Origin: the human T2T-CHM13v2.0 reference genome, Homo sapiens
Reading direction: 5' to 3' (one strand)
Assembly (NCBI RefSeq): GCF_009914755.1
Contig: NC_060939.1
Length of the DNA stretch: 64,000 bases
Part shown: positions 42,694-61,748 of the stretch, piece by piece
Layout of the letters: each line of letters begins with the position of its first letter
How positions within the stretch are numbered: position 1 is the stretch's first letter
Translations under genes and position numbers: made by a program
Notes under the pieces: generated by a model
Databases searched by the model: none
The model's input: the letters and a program-made list of their open reading frames with translations, nothing else
What the model was told of the DNA's origin: nothing

Positions 42694-45600
42694 AATTCTT
42701 CACATAAAAGCAAGACAGAAGCACTCTCAGAAACTTTTTTGTGATGTGGTGCATTCAACTCACGGAGTTGAACCTTCCTTTTGATAGAGCAGTTTTGAAA
42801 CACTCTATTTGTAGAATCTGCAAGTGAACAATTGGAGCACTTTGAGGCCTGTGGTGGAAAAGGAAATATCTTCATATTAAAACTAGACAGAAGCATTCTC
42901 AGAAACTTCTTTGTGATGTGTGCATTCAATTCAGAGAGTTAAACCAACCTTTTGATAGAGCAGTTTTGAAACACTCCTTTTGTAGAATCTGCAACTGTAT
43001 ATATGGAGCCCTTTGAGGACTATGGTAGAAAAGGAAATGTCTTCATATAAAAACTAGACAGAAGCATTCTCAGATATTTCTTTGTGATGTGGCATTCAAG
43101 TCACAGAGTTGGACCATCCTCTTCATAGAGCAGTTTTGAAACAGTCTTTTTGTAGAATCTGCAGGTAGATATTTGGAGCGTTTGGAGGCCTATGGTGGAA
43201 AAGGAAATATCTTCACATAAAGAGTAGAAAGAAGCATTTTCAGAAACTCCTTTGCTATGTGTCCATTAAACTCAGAGTGCTGAACCTTCCTTTTGATAGA
43301 GCAGTTTTGAAACACTCTTTTTGTAGAATCTGCAAGTGGACATTTGGAGCGCTTTGAGGTATATGGTAGAAAAGGAAATATCTTCATATAATAACTAGAC
43401 AGAAGCATTCTCAGAAACTAATTTATGATGTGTGCATTCAACTCAGACGGTTGAAACTTTCTTTTGATAGAGAAGTTCTGAAACGCTCTTTTTGTAGAGT
43501 CTGCAAGTGGATAATTGGAGTGCTTTGAGGCCTAAGCTGGAAACGGGAATATCTTCACATAAAAACTAGACAGAAGCATACTTAGAAACTTCTTTGTGAT
43601 GTTTGCATTCAACTCAGAGAGTTGAACTTTCCTTTTGATGGAGCAGTTTTGAAATACTCTTTTTGTAGAATCTGCAATTGGATATTTGGAGCGATTTGAG
43701 TCCTATGGTAGAAAAGGAAATGTCTTCATATAAAAACTAGACACAGGTATTCTCAGAAACTGCATTGTGATGTTTGAATACAACTCACAGAGTTGAAACT
43801 TTCTTTTGATAGAGCAGTTTTGAAACACACTTTTTGTAGAATCTGCAAGTGGATATGTGGAGCTCTTTCAGGCCTATGGTAGAAGGGGAATACCTTCACA
43901 TAAAAAAGAGACAGAAGCATTCTCTGAAACTTCTTTGTGATGTGTCCATTCAACTCAGAGAGTTGAGCCTTACTTTTGATAGAGTAGTTTTGAAACACTC
44001 TTTTTGTAGAATCTGCAAGGGGATATTTGGAGTGCTTTTAAGTCTGAGGTAGAAAAAAATATCTTCATATAAAATCTAGACAAAAGCATTCTCAGAAACT
44101 TCTTTGTGATGTGTGCACTCAAGTCACAGTGTTGAACATCTCTTTTGATAGAGTAGCTTTGAAACACTCTTTTTGTAGAATCTGCAAGTGGACATTTGGA
44201 GGGCTTTGAGGCCTGTGGTGGAAAAGGAAATATCTTCACATAAAAACTAGACAGAAGCACTCTCAGAATCTTCTTTGTGATGTGTGCGCTCAACTCACGG
44301 AGTTGAACCTTCCCTTTCATAGAGTAGTTTTGAAACACTCTTTTTGTAGTATCTGCAAGTGGACATTTGGAAAGCTTTGAGGCCTGTGGTGGAGAAGGAA
44401 ATATCTTCACATAAAAACTAGACGGAAGCATTCTCAGAAACTTCTTAGTGATGTTTGCATTCAACTCACAGAGTTGAACATTGCTTTTGATAGAGCAGAT
44501 TGGAAACACTCTTTTTGTAGAATCTGCAAGTGGATATTTGGAGCGCCTTCAGGCCTCTGGTGGAAATGGAAATATCTTCACATAAAAACTAGACAGAAGC
44601 ATTCTCAGACACTTCCTTGTGATGTGTGAATTCAAGTCACAGTGTTGAACCATCCTTTTCATAGAGTAGTTTTGAAACAGTATTTTGGAGAATCTGCAAG
44701 TGGATATTTGGAACGTTTTGAGGCGTATGGTGTAAAAGGAAATATCTTCACATAAAAAGTAGACAGGAGCACTCTCAGAAACTTCTTTGTGATGTGTGCA
44801 TTCAACTAACAGAGTTGAACCTTTCTTTTGATAGAGCAGTTTTGAAACACTCTTTTTGTAGTATCTGCAAGCGGATATGTGGAGCTCTTTGAGGCCTACA
44901 ATGGAAACGGGAATACCTTCACATAAAAACGAGACAGAAGCATTCTCATAAACTTCTTTGGGATGAGTCCATTCAACTCAGAGAGTTGAACATTCCTTTT
45001 GATAGAGCAGTTTTGAAACACTCTTTTTGTAGAATCTGCAAGTGAATATTTGGACTGATTTGAGGCTGTCAGTGGAAATTGGAATATCTTCACATAAAAA
45101 CTAGATAGAAGCATTCTCAGAAACTTCTTTGTGATGCGTGCATTCAACTCACAGCGTTGAACATTCCTTTTGATAGAGTAGTTTTGAAACCCTCTTTTTG
45201 TACAATCTGAATGTGGACATTTGGGGAGGTTTGAGGCCTGTGGTAGAAAAGGAAATATCTTCACATAAAAACAACACAGAAGCATTCTGAGGAACTTCTT
45301 TTTGATGTGTGCATTCAACTCACAGAGTTGAATCTTTCTTTGATAGAGCAGTTTTGAAACACTCTTTTCGTAGAATCTGCAAGTGGACATTTGGAGTGCT
45401 TTAAGTTCTGTGTCGGAAAACGCAATATCTTCACATAAAAACTAGACAGAAACATTCTCAGAAACTTCTTGGTGACGTGTGCATTCAACTCACAGAGTTG
45501 AACCTTTCTTTTGATAGAGCAGTTTTGGAGCACGCTTTTTGTAGAATCTGCAAGTGGACATTTGGAGTGCTTTGAGGCCTGTTGTGGAAAAGGAAATATC

Positions 45601-47460
45601 TTCACATAAAAACTAGGCAGAAGCATTCTCAGAAACTTCTTTGTGATGTGTCCATTCAACTCACAGAGTTGAAACTTTTATTTGATAGAGCAGTTTTTAA
45701 AAACTCTTTTTGTAGAATCTGCAAGTGGATATTTGGAGCGCCATGAGGCCTATGATGGAAAAAAAAATTATCCTCACATGAAAACCAGACAGAAGCATTC
45801 TCAGAAACTTTTTTGTGTTGTGTGTATTCAACTCACACAGTTAAACATTTCTTTTGATAGAAGAGGTTTGAAACACTCTTTTTGTAGAAAGTGGAAGTGG
45901 ATATTAGGAGCGCTTTGAGGACTATATTGGAAAAGGAAACATCTTCACAAAAAACCAGACAGAAGCATTCTCAGAAACCTCTTTGTGATGTGTGCATACA
46001 ACTCACAGAGTTGAACCTTTCTTTTCATTGAGCAGTTTTCAAACACTCTTTTTGTAGAAACTGCAAGTGGATATTTGGATCGTTTGAGGCCTATGGTGGA
46101 AAAGGAAATATCCTCAAAAAAAAAACCAGACAGAAGGATTCTCAGAAAATTCCTTGTGTTGTTTGTATTCAACCCACAGAGTTTAAACTTTTCTTTGATT
46201 GGGCAGTTTTGAAACACTCTTTTTCTAGAATCTGTAGGTGGATATTTGGAGTGCTTCGATGACTACGGGAGAAGAGGAAATGTCTTCATATAAAAACTAG
46301 ACAGAAGCATTCTCAGAAACTTCCTTGTGACGTGTGCATTAAATAACAGTGTTGAACCATTGTTTAGAAGAGCATTTTGGAAACACTTCTTTTTTTTAGA
46401 AAATGCAAGTGGATATTTGGAGCGCTTTGTGGCCTATGGTGGAAAAGAAAATATCTTCACATAAAAACTAGACAGAAGTATTCTCAGCAACTTCTTTGTG
46501 ATGAGTTCATTCAATTCAGATAGTTGAACATTTCTTTCGTAGAGCAGTTTTGAAACACTCTTTTTGTAGAATCTGCAAGTGGATATTTGGAGCAAACTGA
46601 AGCCTATGGTGGAAAAGGAAATATCTTCACATAAAAGCTAGACAGAAGCATTCTCAGAAACTTCTTTGTGATGTGTGCATTCAACTCACAGAGTTGAACC
46701 TTTCTTTGATTGAGCAGTTTTGAAGCACTCTTTTTGTAGAATCTGCAATTGGATATTTGGAGCTCTTTGATGCCTATGGTGGGAAAGGAAATATCCGCAT
46801 ATAAAAAGTAGACAGCAGCATTCTCAGAAAGTTGTTTGTGTTGTGTGCATTCAACTCACAGAGTTGAACCTTTCCTTTGATTGAGCAGTTTTGAAAAAGT
46901 CTTTTTGTAGAATCTGCAAGTGGATATTTGGAGCAGTTTGAGGCCTATGGTGTAAAAGGAAATATCTTCACATGAAAACTAGACAGAAGCATTCTCAGAA
47001 ACTTCTTTGTGATGAGTTCATTCAATTCACATAGTTGAACATTTCTTTTGATAGAGTAGTTTTGAAACACTCTTTCTGTAGAATCTACAAGTGGATATTT
47101 GGAGCACATTGAAGCCTATGATGGAAAAGGAAATATCTTCACATACAAACTAGACAGAAGCATTCTCAGAAACTTCTTTGTATTGTGTGCATTCAACTCA
47201 CAAAGTTGAACTTTTCCTATGGTTGAGCAGTTTTGAAACACTCTTTCTGAAGAATCTGCAAGTGGATATTTGGAGTGCTTTGAGGTCTATGGTGGAAAAG
47301 AAAACACCTTCACAAAAAAATTAGAGCAGAAGCATTCTCAGAAACTTCTTTGTGATGTGTGCATTCAACTCACAGAGTTGAACCTTTCTTTGATAGAGCA
47401 GTTTTGAAACACTCTTTTTGTTTCTGCAATTGGATATTTGGAGCTCTTTGATGCCTATGG

Positions 47461-48156
47461 TGGAAAAGGAAATATCCACACATAAAAACTAGACAGCAGC
47501 ATTCTCAGAAACTTGTTTGTGTTGTGTGCATTCAACTCACAGAGTTGAAACTTTCCTTTGATTGAGCAGTTTTGAAAAAGTCCTTTTGCAGAATCTGCAA
47601 GTGGATATTTGGAGCGTTTGAGGCCTATGGTGTAAAAGGAAATATCTTCACATAAAAACTAGACAGAAGCATTCTCTGAAACTTCTTTGTGATGTGTGCA
47701 TTCAAGTCACAGAGTTGAACCTTTCTTTTGTAGAGCAGTTTTGAAACACTCTTTTTGTAGAATCTGCAAGTAGATATATGGAGCGCTTTGAGGCTTACGA
47801 TGGAAAAGGAAATATCCGCACATAAAAAGTAGACAGCAGCATTCTCAGAAACTTGTTTGTGTTGTGTGCATTCAACTCACAGAGTTGAAACTTTCCTTTG
47901 ATTGAGCAGTTTTGAAAAAGTCCTTTTGCAGCATCTGCAAGCGGATATTTGGAGCGTTTGAAGCCTATGGTGTAAAAGGAAATATCTTCACATAACAACT
48001 AGACAGAAGCATTCTCTGAAACTTCTTTGTGATGTGTGCATTCAAGTCACAGAGTTGAACCTTTCTTTTGTAGAGCAGTTTTGAAACTCTCTTTTTGTAG
48101 AATCTGCAAGTAGATATATGGAGCGCTTTGAGGCTTACGGTGGAAAAGGAAATATC
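47461..48156. repeat. Tandem duplication of a 2-monomer (340-bp) unit
   Basis: Period 340, about 8 mismatches over ~356 aligned bases. Both copies share two 1-bp deletions (GGAGCGTTTG, CTTTTGTAGAGC). Confidence 0.9.
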
Positions 48157-51100
48157 TTCACATAAAAACTAGACAGAAGCATTCTCAGAAACTTCTTTGT
48201 GATAAGTGCATTCAACTCACAGAGTTGAACATTTCTGTTGATAGAGCAGTTTTAAAACACTCTTTTTCTAGAATCTGAAAGTGGATATTTGGAGTGCTTT
48301 GAGGCCTCTGGTGGAAAAGGAAATATCTTCACATAAAAACTAGACGGAAGCATTCTCAGAATTATCTTTGTGATGAGTGCACTCAACTCACGGAGTTGAT
48401 CATTTCTTTGATAGAGGAGTTTTAAAACACTCTTTTTCTGGAATCTCAAAGTGGATATTTGGAGCGCTTTAAGGCCTATGGTGGAAAAGGAAACACCTTC
48501 ACAAAAAAACTAGAGCAGAAGCATTCTCAGAAACTTCTTTGTGATGTGTGCATTCAACTCACAGAATTGAACCTTTCTTTGATAGAGCAGTTTTGAAACA
48601 CTATTTTTGTAGAATCTGCAATTGGATATTTGGAGCGCTTTGATGCCTATGGTGGAAAAGGAAATATCCACACATAAAACCTAGACAGCAGCATTCTCAG
48701 AAACTTGTTTGTGTTGTGTGCATTCAACTCACAGAATTGAAACTTTTCTTTGATTGAGCAGTTTTAAAAAAGTCTTTTTGTAGAATCTGCAAGTGGATAT
48801 TTGGAGCAGTTTGAGGCCTATGGTGTAAAAGGAAATATCTTCACATAAAAACTAGACAGAAGCATTCTCAGAAACTTCTTTGGGATGTGTGCATTCAACT
48901 CACAGAGTTGAACCTTTCTGTTGATAGAGCAGTTTTGAAACAGTCTTCTTCCAGTGTCTGCAAGTTGTTATTAAGAGTGCTTACTGGCCTATGGTGGAAA
49001 AGGAAATATCTTCACAGAAAAACTAGACAGAAGCATTCTCAGAAACTTCTTTGTGATAAGTGCATTCAACTCACAGAGATAAACCTTTCTGTTGATAGAG
49101 CAGTTTTAAAACACTCTTTTTCTGGAATCGGAGAGTGGATATTTGGAGCGCTTTGAGGCCTATAGTGGAAAAGGAAACACCTTCACAAAATAACTAGAGC
49201 AGAGGCATTCTCAGAAACTTCTTTGTGATTTGTGCATTCAACTCACAGAGTTGAACCTTTCTTTGATAGAGCAGTTTTGAAACACTGTTTTTGTAGAATC
49301 TGCAATTGGATATTTGGAGCTCTTTGATGCCTATGGTGGGAAAGGAAATATCCGCACATATAAACTAGACAGCAGCATTCTCAGAAACTTGTTTGTGTTG
49401 TGTGCATTCAACTCACAGAGTTGAACCTTTCTTTCATAGAGCAGTTTTGAAACACTCTTTTTGTAGAATCTGCAAGTAGATATTTGGAGCGCTTTGAGGC
49501 TTATGGTGCAAAAGGAAATATCTTCACATACAAACTAGACAGAAAAATTCTCAGAAACTTCTTTGTGATGAGTGCATTCAACTCACAGAGTTGGACATTT
49601 CTGTTGATAGAGCAGTTTTAAAACACTCTGTTTCTGGAATCCGAAAGTGGATATTTGGAGCGCTTTGAGGCCTATGTTGGAAAAGGAAATATCTTCACAT
49701 AAAAACTAGACAGAAGCATTCTCAGAAACTTTTTTGTGATGTGTGTATTCAACTCACAGCGTTGAACCTTTCTTTTGATAGAGCAGTTTTGAAACCCTCT
49801 TTTTTTTACAATCTGCAAGTGGAAACTAGGAGCATTTTGTGGCCTATGATGGAAAAGGGCATATCTTCACATAAAAACTAGACGGAAGCATTCTCAGAAA
49901 CTTCTTCGTGATGAGTATATTCAACTCACAAAGTTGAACTTTTCCTTTGATAGAGGAGTTTTGAAACACACTTTTGGTAGAATCTGCAAGTGGATTTTGG
50001 AGCGCTTGGAGGCCTGTGTTGAAAAGGAAATGTCCTCATATAAAAACTAGACAGAAGCATTCTCAGAAACTTCTTTGTGCTAGGTGCATTCAACTCACAT
50101 AGTTGAACCTTTCTATTGATAGAGCAGTTTTGAAACACTCTTTTTGTAGTATCTGCGAGTGATTATTTGGAGTGCTTTGAGGCCTATGGTGGAAATGGAA
50201 ATATCTTCAAATAAAAACTAGGCAGAAGCATTGTCAGAAACTTATTTGTGTTGTGTGCATTCACCTCACAGAGTTGTACTTTTCCTTTGATTTAGCAGTT
50301 TTGAAAAAGTCTTTTTGTAGTATCTGCAAGTGGATATTTGGAGCACTTTGAGGCCTATGGTGGAAAGGAAACACCTTCACAAAAAAACTGGAGCAGAAGC
50401 ATTCTTAGAAACTCCTTTGTGATGTGTGCATTCAACTCACACTATTGAAACTTTCTTTAGATAGATCAGTTTTGAAACACACTTTTTGTTGAATCTGCAA
50501 TTGGATATTTGCAGTGCTTTGAGGCCTATGGTTGAAAAGCAAATATCCTCACGTAAAAACTAGACAGAAGCATTCTCAGAGACTTGTTTGTGTTGTGTGA
50601 ATTCAACGCACAGAGTTGAACCATTCCTTTGATTGAGCAGTTTTGGAACACTGTTTTTGTACAATCCGCCAGTGGATATTTGATGCGCTTTGATGACTAT
50701 GGTGTAATAGGAACTATCTTTACATAAAAACTAGACAGATGCATTCTCAGAATCTTTCTTGTCATATGTGCATTCAACTCGCAGTGTTGAACCTTTGTTT
50801 TGAAGAGCAGTTTTGAAACACTTTTTTTTTAGGATCTGCAGGTGGATATTTGGAGTGCTTTGTGGCCTATGGAGGAAAACAAAATATCTTCACATAAAAA
50901 GTTGACAGAAACATTCTCAGAAACTACTTTGTGATGAGTGCATTCTATTCAAAGAGTTGAACGTTTCTTTTTATAGAGCAATTTTGAAACACTCTTTTCG
51001 TAGATTCTTCAAATGGATTCTGGAGCGATTTGAGATTTGAGGCCTATGTTGGAAAAGTAAATATCCTCACATAAAAACTTGACTGAAGCATTCTCAGAAA

Positions 51101-52880
51101 CATCTTTGTGTTGTGTGCATTCAACTCACTGAGTTGAATATTTCCTTTGATTGAGTAGTTTTGAAACACTCTTTTTGTAGAATCTGTAAGTGGATATTTG
51201 GAGCGATTTGAGGCCTATGGTGGAAAAGATAATATCTTGACATAAAAACTAGACGGAAGCATTGTCAGAAACTTCTTTTTGATGTGAGCATTCACATCAC
51301 AGAGTTGAAGATTCTTTTTTTGGATAGAGTAGTTTTGACGCACTCTTTCTAGAATCTGAATGTGGATATTTGGAGCGTTTTGAGGCCTATGGTGAAAAAG
51401 GCAATATCTTCACATAAAAATTAGGAGCATTCTCAGAAACTTCTTTGAGATGTGTGCATTCAACTCACAGAGCTGGTACTTTCTGTTCATAGATCAGTTT
51501 TGAAACACTCTTTCTGTAGAATCTGCAAGTGGATATTTGGTGGATTTGAGGCCTTTGGCAGAAAAGGAAATATCTTCACATAAAAACTGGACAGATGCAT
51601 TCTCAGAAACTTCTTGGTGATAAGTCCATTCAACTCAGAGAGTTGAACCTTCCTTTTGATAGAGCAGTTTTGAAACACTCTTTTTTTAGAATCTGCAAGT
51701 GCATATTTGGAGCGCTTTGAGGCCTGTGGTGGTAAAGGAAATATCTTCACTTAAAAACTAGAGAGAAGCATTCTCCGAAACTTCTTTGTGATGAGTGAAT
51801 TCAACGCACAGAGCTGAACCTTTCTTTTGATAGAGCAGTTTTGAAACACTCTTTTTGTAGGATCTGCAAGTAGATATTTGGAGTGCTCTGAGGCCTATGG
51901 TGGAAAAGGAAATATCATCATATAAAAACTAGACAGAAGCATTCTCAGAAACTTCTTTGTGTTGTGTGTATTCAACTCACAGAGTTGAAATTTTCCTTTG
52001 ATTGAGCAGTTTTGAAACACTCTTTTTGTAGAATCTGCAAGTGGATATTTGGAGTGCTTTGAGGCCTATGGTGGAAAAGGAAACACCTTCACATAAAAAG
52101 TAGAGCAGAAACATTCTTAGAAACTTCTTTCTGATGTGTTCATTCATCTCACAAAGATGAACCTTTGTTTTGTTAGAGCAGTTTTGAAACACTCTTTTTG
52201 TGGAATCTGCAAGTGGATATTAAGAGCGCTTTGAGGCCTATGGTGGGAAAGGAAATATTCTCACATAAAAACTAGACAGAAGCATTCTCAGAAACTTGTT
52301 TGTGTTGTGTGCATTCAGCTTACAGAGTTGAACCTTTCCTTTGATTGAGCAATTTTGAAACAGTCTTTTTGTAGTATCTACAAGTGAATACTTGGAGCAC
52401 TTTGAGGCCTATGGTGGAAAAGGAAATATCTTCACATAAAAACTAGACAGAAGCATTCCCAGAAACTTCTTCTGATGAGTGCGTTCTACTCACAGTGTTG
52501 AACCTTTCTTTGAAAGATGAGCTTTGAAACACTCTTTCTGTGGAAACTGCAAGTGGATATTTTTAGCGTTTTGAGGCCTATGGTGGAAAAGGAAATATCT
52601 TCACATAAAAACTAGACAGAAGTATTGTCAGAAACTTCTTTGTGATATGTGCATTCAACTCACAGTGTTGAACATTTTTTTGATAGAGAAGTTTTGAAAT
52701 ACTCTTTTTCTAGAAACTGAATGTGGATATTTGGAGTGCTTTGAGGCCTATGGTGGAAAAGGAAATATCCTCACATAAAAACTAGACAGAAGCATTCTCA
52801 GAAACTTTTTGGTAGTGTGCGCATTCAACTCACAGAGTTGAAATTTTCTGTTGATAGAGTAGTTTTGAAACACTCTTTTT

Positions 52881-57148
<4,268 letters not shown>

Positions 57149-58144
57149 ATATAAACAAGACAGAAGCATTCTCAGAAACTTCTTTGTGATGTTTGCATTA
57201 AACTCAGAGTTGAACATAACTTTTCATAGAGCAGTATTGAAAATCTCTTTTCATAGAATCTGCAAGTGGATATTTGGACTGCTTTGAGGCCTTTGTTGGA
57301 AACGGGAACATCTTCACATGAAAACAGGACACAAGCATTCTCAGAAACTACTTTGTTATGTGTGCATTCAACTCATAGAGATAAAGATACCTTTTCATAG
57401 AGCGGTTTTGAAACTCTCTTCGTAGAATCTGCAAGTGGATATTTGGACGGCTTTGAGGCCTTCGTTGGAAATGGGAATATCCTCACATAAAAACTAGACA
57501 GAAGCATTCTCCAAAACGTCTTTGTGATGTGTGCATTTAACTCACAATGTTGAACCTTTCTTTCTTTTGATAGAGCAGTTTTGAAGCCCTCTTTTTGTAG
57601 AATCTGCACATGGACATTGGGAAAGCATGGAGGCCTATAGTGGAAAAGGAAATATCTTCACATAAAAACTAGACAGAAGCATGCTCAGAAACTTCTTTGT
57701 GATGTTTGCATTCAACTCAGAGAGTTGAACATACCTTTCTTACAGCAGTTTTAAAACACTCTTTTCTTAGAATCTGCAAGTGGATATTTGCACTGCTTTG
57801 AGGCCTCCATTGGAAACGGGAAGATCTTCACATAAAAAATAGACAGAAGTATTCTCAGAAACTTCTTTGTGATGTGGGCATTCAACACACAGAGTTGAAA
57901 CTTTTTCTTGATAGAGTAGTTGGAACACTCTTTTTGTGGAATCTGCAATTTGACATTTGGAGAGCTTTGAGGCCTATGGTGGAAAACGAAATATCTACAC
58001 ATAAAAACTAGACAGAAGCTTTCTCAGTGACTTCTTTGTGATGTTTACATTCGACTCACAAATTTGAACATACCTTTTCATAGATCAGTTTTGAAACACT
58101 CTTTTCGTAGTATATGCAAGTGGATATTTGGACTGCTTTGAGGC

Positions 58145-58161
58145 CTTCGTTGTAAACGGGA
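58145..58161 (+). promoter_or_regulatory. CENP-B box (core intact)
   Basis: CTTCGTTGTAAACGGGA. Confidence 0.85.
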
Positions 58162-60023
58162 ATATCTTCACATAAAAACTAGACATAAGCATTCTCAGAA
58201 ACTTCTTTGTGATGTGTGCATTCAACTCACAGATTTGAACCTTTCTTTTCATAGAGCAGTTTTGAAACATTCTCGTCGTAGAATCTGCAATTGAATATTT
58301 GGACTGCTTTGAGGCTTTCGTTGGAAAAGGGAATATCTTGACATAAAAAGTAGACAGAAGCATTCCAAGAAACTTCTCTGTGAAGTCTGCATTCAACTCA
58401 TAGAGTTCAACATACCTTTTTATTGAGCAGTTTTGAAACACTCTTTTCATAGAATCGGCAAGTGTATATTTGGACTGCTTTGAGGCCTATGGTGGAAAAG
58501 TATATATCTACAAAGAAAATCCAGAGAGAAGCATTCTCAGAAACTTTTTTCTGATGTTTGCATTCAACTCACAGAGTTGAACTTACCTGTTCATACAGCA
58601 GTTATGAAACACTCTTCTCGTAGAATCTGCAAGTGGATATTTGGAATGCTTTGAGACCTTCTTTGGAAACAAGAATATCTTCACATAAAAACATGATGGA
58701 AGCATTCACAGTAACTTCTTTGTGATGTGCGCATTCAACTCACAGAGTTGAACCTTTCTTTTGATAGAGCAGTTTTGAAACACTCTTTTTGTAGAATCTG
58801 CAAGTGGACATTTGGAGAGCTTTGAGACCTATGGTGGAAAAGTAAATATCTACACAGAAAATCCAGACAGAAGCATTCTCAGAAACTTCTTTTTGATGTT
58901 TGCATTCAACTCACAGAGTTGAACTTACCTGTTCATAGACCAGTTATGAAACACTCTTCTCATAGAATTTGCAGGTGGATATTTGGACTGCTTTGGGGCC
59001 TTCCTTGGAAACAGGAATGTCTTTCCCTAAAAACTAGACAGAAGCATTCTCAGAACCTTCATTGTGATGTGTGCATTCAACTCACAGAACTGAACCCTTC
59101 TTTTGACAGAGCAGTTATGAAAAACTCTTTTTGTAGAATCTGCAGGTGTACATTTGGAGAGCTTTGAGGCCTATGGTGGAAAAGGAAATATCTTCACATA
59201 ACAACTGGACAGAAGCATTCTCAGAAACATCTTTTTGATATTTGCATTCCACTCACAGAGTTGAACACATCTTTTCAGAGAGCAGTTTTGAAACACTTTT
59301 CGTAGAATCTGCAGGTGGATATTTGGATTGCTTTGAGGCCTTCGTTGTAAATGGAAATATCTTCACATAAAAACTAGACAGAAGCATTCTCAGAAACTAC
59401 CTTGTGATGCGTGCATTCAACTCAAAGAATTCAACCTTCCTTTTCATAGAGCAGTTTTGAAACATTCTTTTTGTAGGATCTGGAAGTGGACACTTGGAGA
59501 GCTTTGAGGTCTATGGTGGAAAAGGAAATATCTTCACATAAAAACCAGACAGAAGCATTCTCAGAAACTTCTTTGTGTTGTTTGCATTCAACTCATGGAG
59601 ATGAACATGCCTTTTCATAAAGCAGTTTTGAAACACTCTTTTCGTAGAATCTGCAAGTGGATATATGGACTGCTTTGAGGATTTAGATGGAAACGGGAAT
59701 ATATTCACATAAAAACAAGACAGAAGTATTCTCAGAAACTTCTTTAGGATGTGTGCATTAAACTCATGGATTTGAACCTTTCTTTTGATAGAGTAGTTTT
59801 GAAACTCTCTTTTTGTAGAATCTCCAAGTGGACATTTGGAGAGCTTTGAGGCCTACGGTGGAAAAGGAAATATCTTCACATAAAAACTAGACAGAAGCAT
59901 TTTCAAAAACTTCTCTGTAATGTTTGCATTCAATTCAAAGGATTGAACAAACCTTTTCATAGAGCAGTTTTGAAACACTCTTTTCATAGAATATGCAAGT
60001 GGATACTTGGACGGCTTTGAGGC

Positions 60024-60040
60024 CTTCGTTGGAAACGGGA
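60024..60040 (+). promoter_or_regulatory. CENP-B box (canonical)
   Basis: CTTCGTTGGAAACGGGA. Confidence 0.92.
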
Positions 60041-61731
60041 ATATCTTCACATAAAAACTAGACAGAAGCATTCTCAGAAACTTCTTTGTGATGTGTGCAT
60101 TCAACTCACAGAGTTAAACGTAAGTTTTCATAGAGCAGTTTTGAAACACTCTTTTCGTAGAATCTACAAGTGGATATTTGGACTGTTTTGAGGCCTTCGT
60201 TGGAAATGAGAATATCTTCACATAAAAGCTGGAAACAAGCATTCTCAGAAACTTCTTTGTGATGTGTGCATTCAACTCATAGAGTTAAACATACCTTTTC
60301 ATAGAGCAGTTTTGAAACTCTCTTTTCGTAGAATCTGCAAGTGGATATTTGGACTGCTTTGAGGTCTTCCTTGGAAACGGGAATGTCTTCCCATAAAAAC
60401 TAGACAGAATGATTCTCAGAAACTCCATTGTGATGTGTGCATTTAACTCACAGATTTGAACCTTTCTTTTGATAGATCAGTTATGAAACTCTCTTTTTGC
60501 AGAATTTGCAAGTGGACATTTGGAAAGATATGAAGCCTAAGGTGGAAAAGAAAATATGTTCACATAAAAACTAGACAGAAGCCTTCTCAGAAACTTCTTT
60601 GTAATGTGCACTTTCAACTCACACATTTGAACCTTTCTTTTGATAGAGCTGTTTTGAAATACTCTCTTTGTAGAATCTCCAAGTGGACATTTGGAGAACT
60701 TAGAGGCCTACTGTGGAAAAGGGAATATCTTCCCATAACACTAGACAGAAGCATTCTCAGAAACTTCTTAGTGATGTTTACTTTCAACTCACAGAGTTGA
60801 ACATACTTTTTCATAGTGCAGTTTTGAAACACTCTTTTCGTAGAATCTGCAAGTGGATATTTGAACTGCTTTGAGGCTATTGATGGAAACGGAAATATCT
60901 TCACATAAAAACAAGACAGAAGGATTCTCAGGAACTTCTTTGTGATGTGTGCATTAAACTCACAGATTTGAACCTTTCTTTTGATAGAGCTGTTTTGAAA
61001 CTCTGTTTTGTAGAATCTCAAAGTGGACATTTTGAGAGCTTTGAGGCCTATTGTGGAAAAGGAAATATCTTCACATAAAAACTAGATAGAAGCATTCTCA
61101 GAAATTTCTTAGTGATGTTTGCATTCATCTCAAAGAGTTGAACAAACCTTTTCATAGAGCAGCTTTGAAACACTCTTTTCATAGAATATGCAATTGGATA
61201 TTTGGACTGCTTTGAGGCCTTCGTTGGAAATGGGAATATCTTCACATAAAACCTGGAAACAAGCATTCTCAGAAACTTCTTTGTGATGTGTGCATTCAAC
61301 TCATAGAGTTAAACATAACTTTTCATAGAGCAGTTTTGAAACTCTCTGTTTGTAGGATCTGCAAGTGGATATTTGGACTGCTTTGAGGCCTTCCTTGGAA
61401 ACGGGAATGTCTTTCCATAAAAACTAGACAGAAGCATTCTCAGAAACTTCATTGTGATGTGTGCATTTAACTCACAGAATTGAACCTTTGTTTTGATATA
61501 GCAGTTATGAAACACTCTTTTTGTAGAATCTGGAAGTGGTCATTTGGAAAGATATGAGACCTAGGGTGGAAAAGAAAATATCTTCACATAAAAACTAGAC
61601 AGAAGCATTCTTAGAAACTTCTTTCTGATGTTTGCATTCAACTCACAGAGTTGAACATACATTTTCATAGAGCAGTTTTGAAACACTCTTTTCTTCGGAT
61701 CTGCAAGTGGATATTTGCACCGCTATGAGGC

Positions 61732-61748
61732 CTTCGTTGGAAACGGGA
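61732..61748 (+). promoter_or_regulatory. CENP-B box (canonical)
   Basis: CTTCGTTGGAAACGGGA. Confidence 0.92.

Larger units (their letters stand above)
42031..52880 (+). repeat. Alpha satellite, 'CATTCTCAG / CATTCAACTC / GATAGAGC' type (SF4/SF5-like), mostly A-box monomers
   Basis: Abrupt change of diagnostic bases at ~42035. A few B-box-like monomers at 42.1-45.1 kb. The family label is an inference. Confidence 0.93.

Noticed and set aside
43970-45659. Long repetitive ORFs (up to 179 aa, ...[19 protein letters not shown]...) here and throughout the satellite
   Set aside because: 171 is divisible by 3 and one frame of the monomer has few stops, so these ORFs arise passively. They flip strand with the inversion and are broken at random.
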